NCBI GenBank assembly: GCA_964036045.1
Contig: OZ038378.1
Location: forward strand, 21,018,001 to 21,082,000
DNA: 64,000 bases
From: Eutreptiella sp. 'Long Island Sound 2002'
Lineage: Eukaryota > Protista > Euglenida
Direction: 5' to 3'
Position numbers and translations under genes: made by a program
The notes under the pieces: generated by a model
The model's input: the letters and a program-made list of their open reading frames with translations, nothing else
What the model was told of the DNA's origin: nothing
Databases searched by the model: none
Shown: in pieces, positions 27,644-38,632 of the stretch
How positions within the stretch are numbered: the first letter of the stretch is position 1
Layout: each line of letters opens with the position of its first letter

Positions 27644-28543
27644 GTGACGGCGGCAAAGACAGCGGGAATCGATACCGTTGAACTGGCAGATCGGCTGAGA
27701 CAGAAGTATGGACTGAAGGGATCCATGGAGGGCATCTACGAGCAAGTCGTGGCCTTCGGGACCCTCCACAAGCGGACCTTCAACTGGAACGACTGCACAT
27801 TCTACATGTCAGCACAGCATGCCCAAGTGATCGCAGGGAACGGGACCCCGGAGAAGAACCCCGCGGACGTGGTGTCAATTAGGGGCAACTCCAATGCCAG
27901 CGGGTCGCCGAACGACAAAGGGGTGCACGCGGACATCGAGAAAATGCGCCAAGAAATGGAGGACATGAAGCTCGTAATGGAGCAACAACTGAAGACGATA
28001 CAAGAGCTCCGAGCGTCCAAGGCAGTGCCGCAGCTGTGGCAGGTGGTTTTCGTACTGGAGGCGGGACAGGAGATGGAGGCCAACGAGGCGAAACCTGCCT
28101 GGGCGAGAGCGATGGCGGGGGCGATGGCAGGCTGGGCGGCGGAGAATCTGCAAAGCATGCTGGAGTCTGAGTACGAGGCGGGCATGAAGGCCCTGTCCGA
28201 AGTGTGGTCCCACCTGCTGTTCGAGGTCGAAAAGGAAGAAGTCAAGGCGCAGCTGGAGGCTCGAGCCGCGGACGGAGCAAACGAGGCCAGGGGCTCGGAG
28301 AAGGCGAACCTCAAGGAGGAGGGAGCGAAGACCAGGCCGAAGACGGGAAAATTGGCTCCGCAGCACGTGCAGGACAGGCGGAGGGAGCGAGTGAAGGACC
28401 GCTTCACCAACATGGGAACACCCGAAGAGACGTACGAGTCCAAAGGCGGCAAGGTGCTCAAAACAGGGAAGCCCCCGCGATATCCCTGCGACGTGTGCCG
28501 AGTCAAGCACTGGTGGTTCCAGTGCCCAGTCGAGAGCGACTGA
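27644..28543 (+). CDS. Gag-like protein of YR element 1
   Basis: 299-aa ORF with a coiled-coil-like middle and a C-terminal Zn knuckle CDVCRVKHWWFQC. Confidence 0.8.
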   Translation: MTAAKTAGIDTVELADRLRQKYGLKGSMEGIYEQVVAFGTLHKRTFNWNDCTFYMSAQHAQVIAGNGTPEKNPADVVSIRGNSNASGSPNDKGVHADIEKMRQEMEDMKLVMEQQLKTIQELRASKAVPQLWQVVFVLEAGQEMEANEAKPAWARAMAGAMAGWAAENLQSMLESEYEAGMKALSEVWSHLLFEVEKEEVKAQLEARAADGANEARGSEKANLKEEGAKTRPKTGKLAPQHVQDRRRERVKDRFTNMGTPEETYESKGGKVLKTGKPPRYPCDVCRVKHWWFQCPVESD

Positions 28544-29496
28544 ATGGAAGGGGGCCCCCGCCGCCTCGGGGCCCAACGGGGCGGCAGGCGCGGGGGGGCA
28601 GCAAGTGCCCGTGGAGGGGACGGTTGGGGGTCGGCCCTCCAGAAGATGGAGAGACTACACACGCAAGACGCTCTGCACAGTGGGCAGACGTTTGTCCTGC
28701 TGGGATGGGAAGAATCGTCATTGGGGACATACCAGTGTCACCTGCGCAGGCTGGCGGCGGTCGAGCGGCGGTTCCCATGTGATGCCAAGGAGCGGGTCCT
28801 GGAGCAGACCATATTGGAGTGCGCCCGATTGGGGAAGTCGGAGAGCACAATCAAGGGGATCATCAGCGCAGCCATTATGGCGACAGAGGTGCGGCTGGTT
28901 GACGCGTGCATCCCGACCACCATCTGGACATCCGTCAAGGCGGCGAAGAAGACAAGGAACGCGGCAAAAGAGCGTATCTGGGGATCCCCGATCATGCTGC
29001 TACACATGGCGGCAAGAACCAGCAGCTTGGAGGACTGGGCAGTGGTCGGGCTGGCCATCGTCTTGTTCCAGCTCTTCCTGCGCGTCGGAGAGGCAGTCAC
29101 CCTACAAACTTGGGCAGTCGTGGATGACGCGGTGCGGTTCTTCGACTCCAAGACGAGGCAGGACTGGCAACAGAGGTCACTCACGCCGCTTACAAGGGAG
29201 TGGCTGCAGTGGCTCCAGCGCCACTTCCCAGAGCCGGCGGCGGAAGGAAGACGGCCGTGGACGACACAGCAGCCGGAAAAAGGCATGCAACGCCTCCTCG
29301 TCGGATCCCCGTTTGAGGGTGCCCGCTGGCACGCGTGGCGCAGAGCCGGAGCTCGGGCTATGTGGACGGCTGGGCCACAATCCGGCAGGTCGCCGTGTGG
29401 GGCCGCTGGGCGCGTGACTCCACCGCGCGGTGGTACGCGCATCCGACCGAAACGCAGCCCGTGCAAGCGGAGGATTTCTGGCCGCGGCCCCCCCGA
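28544..29496 (+). pseudogene. Tyrosine recombinase of YR element 1, 5' part (continues at 36171-36652)
   Basis: FLRVGEA (catalytic R), WHAWRRAG (HxxR), then a 1-bp frameshift near 29372 to WGRWARDSTARWY (W/Y motifs). Split by the DNA transposon. Confidence 0.88.
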
Positions 29497-29796
29497 CTTA
29501 GGCGGCTCTATACGCACGTAGACTTCGTTGCTAAAAGGCACGATTCATGGCGATTTCAACATCCGTTTTTTGCACCTAAAAAAAGCATATCATTTTTTCG
29601 GCCAACTCCACGTGTATTTTCATCGTGGGATACAACAACCTCGCCTTTTCTTGCTTCCAGAGGTGCACATATACACCCCCAATTCCGGGCTGAAAATTGT
29701 ATGATTTAAAATTTTTGGGCACTGCAGTGCCCAAAAATTTGAAATGGCTTTTTTCAGTGGGTTCTCCAGTACACCTCTGTAGTCATCTCCGCAGGT

Positions 29797-32736
29797 GATG
29801 TCCTACTGCAGCAGCAGGCATCAAAATTTGGCATACCCGTTATCAATGGGTCATCGCACCGCGGTGTTATACTCGGAAGGCCACGTATAATGTACCTTGC
29901 CCAATCACTTTCATTCCTGTCCAAATGTGCACTTGAAAATGGACTTCCAGTACTTTTGGGCACTGCAGTGTCCAAAAAATTTAAAACTCCGCATTTCACT
30001 CCTATTGGTTCCCATTGCGTAACACCTGACAAAGGACGTATGAATCATTGGACGTTGGTACTCATCCTCTGCTCATTGGAAATATACTGCCGGTTGTCTG
30101 ACTGCCACCTTGGAGTGTACCCAGGCTTTGGAACGTTCCACGTCCATTGGGAGATACATTGTTTGGATCTTCGCTAGCTGCTTTTGGTCTATGCCGCATC
30201 AGGTTTGTTTTGTGATAGTGTCTCTGTTTTCTTTGTCCCCTTACCTTTGCTGCCTGCGAACAGGACTGTTGTCCATGGATGCGGCTCCCTTCCGGCAGTT
30301 CCTTAGTTCGAAGGTATATGCTTCAAAGGAGGATCTATCTGAGGCTGTGGGTAGGGATAAGGGTGCCGATGAGTTTTGTATGTGGGTGTTAGATCTCCGG
30401 TCGGAGTGGAGAAGTAGGCGGTCCGTTGGTGAATACATCCAACAAAGGGACAGGCGGACCGTTAATTGTCTGCCGGACCAATGGTTCCGTGTTGCTGAGC
30501 AAGAGATTTTTAATATATGGTCTGTTCTACACAAGAGGTGTCGTCCACGTGCCAAGAGTGCTGTAGGTGTCCAACCCAAGAGTCGTGTGCAACGTAGGTG
30601 TTTGGCTCACATGGGTCAATGTTCTTACAATGTACCCTCCTTTGCTGTTCAAGGAGCAACTGCGTGCACCAATCTTTGGCAGACCTTGGAAGGTAAACCC
30701 GCTGTCCTATGGTTCGATAATTTTTATAGACGTAACTTCCGGCCAGTGCCTGGTAATGAGAACCGGTCCCTTAATTGTACAGCCGGTGCTATCATACTCT
30801 TGAAACGACCTGTTGACGTTATGCCGTCTTTTCCTAGCCTCTCGGTTTTGCGGCAGAGGATTGGGTACACTGCAGACTTGTTGGTGCAGAGCCATAAAAA
30901 CTTCATTGATGGCTTGCAAGGGTTGATGGACGACCCCATCCGCCTTCAACATGTTCGTTGTCCCTTGGACGTACGACGGGCTAATGTTACCAGCCCAGCT
31001 TGGACCCCCTTTTTTCTCACAGACCTAACCGTGTCCGCTACCCCCGACCTTGTCTCTATTATTCACGGTCTCCAGGAGGTGCAGTAGCACACACAGCACC
31101 GTCTTCCACTGTTGGTCGACGAGAATATTCACTACCGTGTCCTTAAGCTCGTTTACAGCATCAGCTATGCTCGGTACAACGTGCCCCTGTTCATTACACG
31201 TACCCCGGTAGTGTATGGCACATGGCACCCATATAAATATTGTGTAACCCTGTGCTACAGAAGATTCTTCCCTTTATTTACCTATTTTTCCTATGGTTCA
31301 CTCAATTTGGGCACTGCAGTGCCCAACTTTCCGAAACTCATCTATATGGAGCGTATGATTCTGGTGCTCTTGCACTTGGCCCATAAGTGGCGCCAACCTT
31401 TGGAACAGAAGTTACAGACTCTAAGGGGTTTGCACCGACCGGGTAACGCTAATCACAGCACACTTCTTACACAGGTGCAAGGGTTGGTAACGCTGCTGTA
31501 TGGTTACATTCCAGCCTTGTTTATTATTGGGTCGCAAGTGAGGGATTGTCATTGGTCTGCACAGGGAGAGCAGCACGCTGCAGGGCCATTGCTGAGCCGT
31601 TGCCTACACGTCCTTATGAGGCTCACCCTAGGTTATGAGGACAAGGTTGAATATGTGCGCACCATTGTTGTTGCTAGGCTGTTGTGGTCCCAATGGTTTG
31701 CCCGCTTACCTGGGGTGGCACACAGTGAGGAACCGTGTGAGGCCCTGTTAAGCCGTGTTGTGTACTTAATGGCACAACACCCTGGGAACTGTACGTTGCA
31801 ACAGGTGCATGACCTGTTTATACTCACTCCCGTTGCAGACCAGACCCCAAAGGACCTGCAGTACGTTAATGTTCCCAAGGGACTGCCACAACTGTTTGAT
31901 CGTCGTTTCACCAGATTGATGGCGCGATTTGATGTTGGTGTTATACCCCCCCTGGTCTGGTCCAGTCAGAAGTCGAGTATCGTGCAAGACAGGTGGGATC
32001 CTGCCAAGACGGTGCTCACTGCAGAGCATTACCGAGATCTATGTGCCAAGACATTGCAGACACTTGTTAAACCTGTTAAAGTTGATGCTGACGTGATGAC
32101 AGAGCTGGGTAGACACGTGCCACAACGTCCTCCAGGTGATATGGACACAACAGTAGCACAGGCACAGGACATGTTACGCGCATGTAATACACCAGACCGG
32201 TACAAGCGACGCCGGCCAGCACGCGCTTTTGCGCAAAGGGACCCCGCCCGGATACCCGCCTCCCCCAATGTTGATGGCGACAGTGACAGTGATGAGGACC
32301 CCCCCCCCCCCCGCTGGTTGTTGTGTTTTGTAAGCTGAGCTGAACTGTGCACAGTGAATCCGAGACACCAATTGAACCTGATATGGATGTGCTGCAGTGC
32401 AGCAGAACACTGCACTGATTGTGGTGATGACCATGCGCCTGTGACACGGGGGCGTATGCGAGCCCAGTATCCGTTGCATCATGGCCCCGCTGGTGGGGCA
32501 GCCGGAGATCCTGACCTGAGGGCTGCTGATTTTGTGGGTGATGATGGATGGGACCCGGACCCCCCCCCCCTCCAAAAGCAGTGTCTGTTCACAGTGATGA
32601 TTCCGATGCCCCCGTGGCTGTCCTTTCGGAGTTGAATGAGTTTGACCCTCGATTTTTACCAGGTGCATCCGACTGTGATGCTATTTCTGCCATCTGTGTT
32701 CAATCGTCGAGCGCTGCCAGTAGTCATCAACATTAG
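29797..32736 (+). pseudogene. DDE (RNase H-fold) transposase-like gene with premature stops
   Basis: ORFs 30110-31087, 31112-32338 and 32354-32635 share one frame, separated by a single TAG (31085) and a single TGA (32336). Motifs WFDN (about 30710), VDEN (about 31115), GTWH (about 31217), HSEEPCEA (about 31721). A GT-AG intron at 30203-30263 links to an upstream frame (TAG at 30175). Cys/His-rich C-terminus. The 5' limit is approximate. Confidence 0.7.
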
Positions 32737-32817
32737 AAGCCTGTAAATCAACAATTTGCAGCCCTGTGGCCTTTTGTAGTGTGCCGTGTGACCCTTTGTT
32801 AGCCCCTTTGCTAAGGT

Positions 32818-35490
32818 ATGCCTTCGGATACCGAACTGCCGGAAGGGGATGAGCAGCAGACCGCATCGCAAGCCGTTCACACAGCAGAGAAGACACGGGC
32901 GCAGTCGGGGCAGGCTCCAGTGAAGCGGACGGGGACAGACCGGGCAACGGAAACATTCCGGACAACGTGGATCTAAAAGGAACTGGTCAAGATACAGCTG
33001 ACCAAGATCAAGTTTGACACTGACCTCACGCGTGGGCAGACCAGAGAGAGGGACGAGGACTCATTACTATCGCGGATCGCAAGCCCGAGGACAAATCCAC
33101 CCTGCCGGCCTATCTCAAACATTCTCATATGGCGAAACGAAGGTACACTACCATCTTGTCACACACGCGTTGTAATTTTCACACATTCTGGTCGTTTGGG
33201 CACTGCAGTGCCCATCTCGCTGATATCTCCCATCTCCCATCCCCCTGTGGTGCATTTTTATATCAGCTGAAATTCCCTACTGCTTGGGCGGGGCTCATAT
33301 CCTGACGGCACTCCAAAGACTTCACCGAGAATACTGTGCGAACTCACGGGCGCTGCCGGACTGGTTACAACACGTCTACTGCGAGGAGATCAGACACGAC
33401 TGTCCTGTTGACATCAGAGGGATTATTGGAGGCGATCACAACGCGGTACAACACTCAGTGACCAAGCTGAGTATGGGACAAGTGGCCGCTCGAATTTGGA
33501 CTGAAGTGCAGAAGGGCAAAGCGAAAGAGATGCTGCTGGTGCCTCTGCGGAAGTGTGGCCGGCTGGGTGAGAAAACATCTGTGGTATGACGGATGCACGA
33601 TGAGACCCCCGTTGTCAGTCCTTTGCGTACCTGTGGCCTGTCCAACACTGCATGCCTGCCAGGACTCAATCTGGAAGAATTGGAGACCGCTGGTTTCATT
33701 ACTGCAGATATCTGGTGGCCGCGTGGCTGAGTTTATTGACACCTTTGAGAAGACTGCCGGTGAAGGTATTGTGTCCTCTGAGTACCTGTTTTTGTCGTCT
33801 TCTGGTGTTCATGGGAACTGCAGTGCCCAAATTCGATGCGACCCTAATTTTGGCACTGCAGTGCTCAACCCCTACACTCTGCGGCCGTTGACGGGACTGC
33901 ATGGCGACCAGATGGATGAAATACTGCTGTACATGGCTGGAGATGGGGCCAAGATCGCAGGACTACATGCCAAGGCCAGACTGTTGAAGCGGGACCGCCT
34001 GTGGGAGATGCTGTACCTTCACCCGGACAACACGCTCATCCATCCTTCTCGACGTATGTTCATGGGGCGGCAGGGTATGGCGCGATCGCTGTTGACCCCC
34101 CCCCCCCCGACACACGACGTAAGGCTGTTTCGATCCCAGTGGTACCAGTGGTCACCTGTTCTAACAGTGAACGTGCATGAAATGCAAAGAGTCCGCAAAC
34201 TGCTTGCAAAGTCGCCGAGGGCCGCCAAATTGTCACTGGGGAAATGGACCTGGAGTGCCGAAAATCCCTTACCAAGCAGGGACACCACCCAGAAAGCACC
34301 GCTGTGGCAGGATGAGGAATGGGCTGACCTGAGGATTGCGCTGGCGAGGCCTGTCAAGGAAACTGCAGTGACAGCGACTGATGGGGAGAAATCAACAACT
34401 GTTTGGCTCAACAAGCCGCAGGATGGGACTGAAGCAACTGGAGCTCGGGCAGAGGCAATTGCGTTGGTTCCTGGCAAGGCTATCCCGTATACGATTGCAT
34501 TGAGGGAGTACAAAGCGGTATGCATTCGTTAGGCATAAAAATGGGATCGCTTTCGCATTGCTGGTCACTTTAGGCACTGCAGTGCCCATCTGTAATGAAA
34601 TGTGCTTTTGACACCAGGTCTTCATTGAGTGTACGAAGGAACAAATGGACGATATCCATCCGCTGGTGCTGAAGGTTGCCGGGAAGTTGATACCGGTGGC
34701 TATTGGTGGAATGGCGGCCGACGTTAAGTTCCTGGTTAATCAGTTGCGCGACTCTGAGGAGTGTGGAGGCTGGCAGTATGTTATGACCTCTTTTTTTGAT
34801 CAGGCAGTCGGTCACCCGACCTATCGGTTCGAGGAGAGGACTATTTGCTTCTGTGTCCCAGACAAGTTTAGGGTGAAGGTCCCGAATATTTTCATTTGCG
34901 ATCAGGGTGCATACGGCAGCACCATTGGTCTGGCAGCGGCTGGTTGGCTCCTGCGTGTGCTTGGTATTGTTCCCCGACGCGACAGACAGTCCGAGGATGA
35001 AGTGTGGCTCCTGCTTTTGACAGCATCGGCTGTATTGCCAGCACAGCTCCTGTCCTGCCTTCGTGCGTCCCCCTGTGTGGCAGCTTGTTTCACTGGGCGC
35101 CAGGGTTTGTTTAACGAGTTCTGTGAACAGCTAGCGGCGTATGTGCAGGAGATGGACTGTGTCTACTTGGTTAACTGGGACGCTTGGATGCCAAGGATTA
35201 GGGACTGTATGCCAGTTGTGGTGCAGCGGCCTGGGGAAGGGGAAGCTGAGGAGGGGGGGGACGATGTGGAGGAAGAGGAGGATGACGAGATCGTGCTGGT
35301 CGGAGGTGGTGACAGCAAGAAGAGGGGCACCCCCAGCAAGAAGAAGCCGTCCCCCGACGACAGTGGGGATGGGGTTGATGATCCCCCCAAAAGGCCAGCC
35401 AAAAAGGCCAAGGACAGTACCCCCCTCAATATGTTTCACGCCAAAGTAGGTCAGGCCAAGGGTAAGAAGGCTCCACCAAAGAAGAAGTAG
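32818..35490 (+). CDS. Second transposon gene: five-exon protein of unknown function (about 750 aa, one premature TAA), acidic/Lys-rich C-terminus
   Basis: Phase-compatible GT-AG introns 33143-33266, 33584-33662 and 34518-34617. A probable intron at 33766-33894 has an apparently mutated acceptor but leaves the frame open either way. TAA at 32974. Ends EEEEDDE...KKKAPPKKK. Confidence 0.65.
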
Positions 35491-36170
35491 ACTGCGTTGT
35501 GCGGTTGGCACTGCCTGTGTCCATGTCAGTAGTTTTTTCGCCTCGATTTGCACACTGTCGCGCGTCCTGTTCTATGCAGGTGTGAGACTGGTGCCCTTTT
35601 TCATGTTTTGGTAATTTTGGGCGCTGCAGTGCCCAAGTTCAGCGACTCGCCATTTTTTTACCCCTGTTGCGCCATTTCTTTTGCAGGCATTGTTGCCGTC
35701 ATTTATTATTGCATTGGTTGCACTGGCGGCGCCTCCGTTGTTTGTCGGCACCACTGGTGGTGCAGTATTTGTCACGCTTCGCATACAATCACAGTGACTG
35801 GGTCAGCAGACGCGGTAACAAAAAGCAAACCAGAGTTTTGCATGTGTTTGCCTGTCGTCCTCCTTGCTTCATTTTTTAGGTTGCATTTCACGGTATGGTT
35901 TGAAATGCAGCAGCGGATGATTTGGAAGAATTGGATTTTTCTTCGGATGGACACTGCAGTGCCCAAATTTGAAGGGGATACATGACTTTTGACTGGCACA
36001 TGTTGTAACCCCTACACACAGCCATTTTGGATAATTCACAGGTTTTTGGGGGTGTTCCCTGCAAAGCACAATTGTGCAATTTTTCAAAGTGTTTTTTCAG
36101 CCCCCGTTTTGGGGTGGTACCCATTTGGGACCTGTGGCAATTTTGCTACGTGCGTATAGAGCCGCCTAAG

Positions 36171-36652
36171 CCCGAGAGGGAGCTGGAGGCAGGTGGCGCA
36201 GCCGCACGACGTCCCTACGACTCGAGCAGCTCTGGCCGTCTGGGATACGACAGCAGTGGAAGCACAGAAAGGAGCATGTGGCCTTTGGGCCCTCAAGGAC
36301 CATGCCCGGGGCCGACAGGCACGCTGGAAACTCGACGGCGGCCCAGGGCCGGGCGGGGAGCAAACTGCGACCAAAGGGACAGCTCGCCAAGCACAGGCAG
36401 GCGCCCGGCAACGGGGGCGGCAGCTCGACAGGGGCGCGACAAGTTCGGGGCAGTGGGCAGCAAGTGCTGGCCTCCTCGACCGAGTCGACTCCGTCCGACT
36501 GCCGACCCACAGAGGAAGCCCCCACCCCCTTGCGCCTGGTCCCTAAGTTCAAAAGAGTACGCGCTGAGGAGGCCCGAGCACAGGGGGAGTTCAAGCGAGT
36601 GCGGAGAGCCACCGGCAGCGTGTCCTACTCGTCTTACTCCTCCACCACTTAG
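36171..36652 (+). pseudogene. C-terminal extension of the YR ORF of element 1, after the transposon
   Basis: In frame with 29335-29496 once the element and one TSD are removed. Confidence 0.75.
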
Positions 36653-36845
36653 TGGAGAGCTGTGGCTGTGCGTAGGCGGGTTTGGCGCTTTGTTGGCGGT
36701 ACTGGTGCGACTGGTTTCGCGGGTGTGGTGGGTTGCGGTGGTATGCGCGTCGTACGTGGCCTGCGTGTGTCGTGTCGGGGCGGGGGTAACGTCTGATGCT
36801 ACCGTTGGGGCGGGGCGGCCCTCCAAGGCCAGGTTCCGAGAGGCC

Positions 36846-38632
36846 ATGTATCAGCTTTCGCTGCGTTTTGCGCAAAAGTGGGGTGTAGAGCAGGGACGCG
36901 CGTACAAAGCGTTGGATGTGTTCAGGAGAGAGGTGTTCCAGTTGAGTGAGGATTTGAGGGAAGACAGGCCACTGCTAACATGGATGCACCTGTGCGAGGC
37001 CATGGTCATGGAAGGGCTTAGGGAACTGCTGGACGGCATTTACCCCGCCGTGCCGGAAGGTGAGGTGACTCCTGAGATAGCACAAAAAGGGATAGGATCC
37101 GTGGGTGCGGTTCCGCTGCCGGAGTGGCTGTGGCAGATCTATGTCGGTCCGCGTCAGGAGTTTTTGCTCTCGTTTGCTGAGGAGGCACGGAAGGTGCGGG
37201 GATCCACGGCTGACATGCTCAGCGCCATTGCAAGGACAGGGGCACTGCAGCAACTGTCGAGGCAGGAGGCGGATGCCTTGGGCATTCCGTGGTCGCCTAC
37301 GGCGGCTGCCTTCACCATCCCCAAGAATGAGACCAAGGCGCGGCTTATCTTGCACGGGGTGCGCGCCAACCAGAGGCAGTGGGAGGGCGGGTACAAGGTG
37401 CCGCGTGTCAGCCTGCCTCAGGTAGAGTCTTTAGCGGAGGTTTTTTCGCAGGGGCTGCGTGGCTGGGGGGCCAACATTGACGTAACAAATTGTTACTGGT
37501 CCATACTGCTGCCAAAGGGGAAGTGCCACCTTTTTCGTGTGGGGGGGGGGAGGAGTGCATGTGGGTTTTTAAGACGCTGCCGTTTGGTTGGAGTTCCAGT
37601 CCACTACTGTGTCAGCGACTGCTGGCACAGTTGACGGGGAAGGTGGGGCTGGAGGTGGCAGGGGCGGTGCTGCGGCTCATGCACTACCCGGATGATTTTC
37701 TGGTGTTCGGCGACTCCGAGGCCGCCGTCGCCACAAAGCTGGCGGAGTTCAAGGAAGTTCTGGCAAACGCTGGCTTCCTCATCAGTGACAAGTCGTCCAG
37801 TCGGCCGGAGAAGGAGCTAGTCTTTTTGGGCAAGCATGTCGACTTTGGGCGGGGGGTGCTTTTGAACACCAGGCACACGTTGGAAGATGCCCTGAGTAGG
37901 TACGTGCTGATGGCATCCAGGCCGGTTACGCGAAAGTCCGTCCAGCGGGTGGTGGGGAAGTTGATCTGGGCCTGCAGGCCGTCGCATTGGTCAAACCTAT
38001 TTCTGGCGGGGCCCATTGCGCACGTGCAGTGGGGCGCAAAATGGATGCCGCGCCCGCCCACTAACCTTCTGCGGTCGCTGTCGGGTGCGTTGTGGTTTGC
38101 TGGAAGGGGCTGGTGGCCTCCTACGTCACCCCCCCCCCCCCCGCCCCCAAAGGGGCTGTGCCCGCAGGTGTACTCCGACGCGGCGCGGGACGGAAATAGT
38201 GGCAGGCTAGGTATGTGCTCATCGGCTGGAGCACACCACTCCGTGCGTGTGCCGCTGCAGAACCAGCAGGTGCTAGAATTTCGAGGGGCGGCTGCGGCCG
38301 TAAAATCGGTGGTGGGACGGAAACTCCCGTGGGCTACGCTGCATGTGGACAACCAAGGGGTGCTCTGGGGCCTGAGAACAGGGAAAATGGGAATTGGGCT
38401 GCGGGAGCAGCGTCGCTGTGTTCGACAAGTAATGTATGCTCTGGCAAAGGGGGGGACTTCGGTACACCTTTCGTATGTACCCGGGGCCATCATGCCGGCG
38501 GACTACCTGTCTGGGGTCCGCAGCAATTTTTTTGGTGACATGAGCATGGCACTAGGGTCTGCCATCGACCAAATGGCAGATTTGTTACCTGTTTGCACTC
38601 AGACAGAATGTTGGGGAGTCTTGCGGTTCTGA
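36846..38632 (+). pseudogene. Reverse transcriptase-RNase H of YR element 1 (frameshift in a G10 run)
   Basis: FTIPK..KARLI, IDVTNCYW, LPFGWSSSP, YPDD, FLG; RNase H YSDA/EFRG/VDN/PADYLS. The frame switches at the G-run 37541-37550. Confidence 0.9.

Larger units (their letters stand above)
29709..35965. repeat. Nine dispersed copies of the palindrome (tt)TGGGCACTGCAGTGCCCA(aa)
   Basis: Copies at 29709-29740 (perfect 32 bp), 29954-29977, 31304-31329, 33197-33214, 33812-33829, 33848-33868, 34571-34588, 35617-35636 and 35948-35965. All lie inside the TIRs. Confidence 0.95.
29497..36170 (+). mobile_element. 6,674-bp cut-and-paste DNA transposon, unassigned superfamily
   Basis: Perfect 25-bp TIRs CTTAGGCGGCTCTATACGCACGTAG (29497-29521 and inverted at 36146-36170). 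5-bp TSD CCCGA (29492-29496 and 36171-36175). Removing it restores the YR frame (...WPRPPR|EGAGGRW...LWPSGIR, compare WPSWIR in element 2). Confidence 0.93.

Noticed and set aside
33143-34617. Palindrome CTG/CAG cores as boundaries of euglenid non-conventional introns
   Set aside because: Conventional GT-AG introns with matching phases already explain the frames, and the palindromes sit inside these introns rather than at their ends.
29709-35965. CRISPR-like array of palindromic repeats
   Set aside because: Spacing is irregular (38 bp to over 1.8 kb), the copies lie within genes, no cas genes are present, and the context is eukaryotic.
29497-36170. ProtoRAG/RSS homology (CACTGCAGTG resembles the heptamer CACAGTG; 5-bp TSD; two genes)
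   Set aside because: The TIRs do not start with CAC, there is no nonamer with 12/23 spacing, the genes are tandem rather than convergent, and no kelch or PHD pattern was seen in the second gene. Kept only as a loose analogy.
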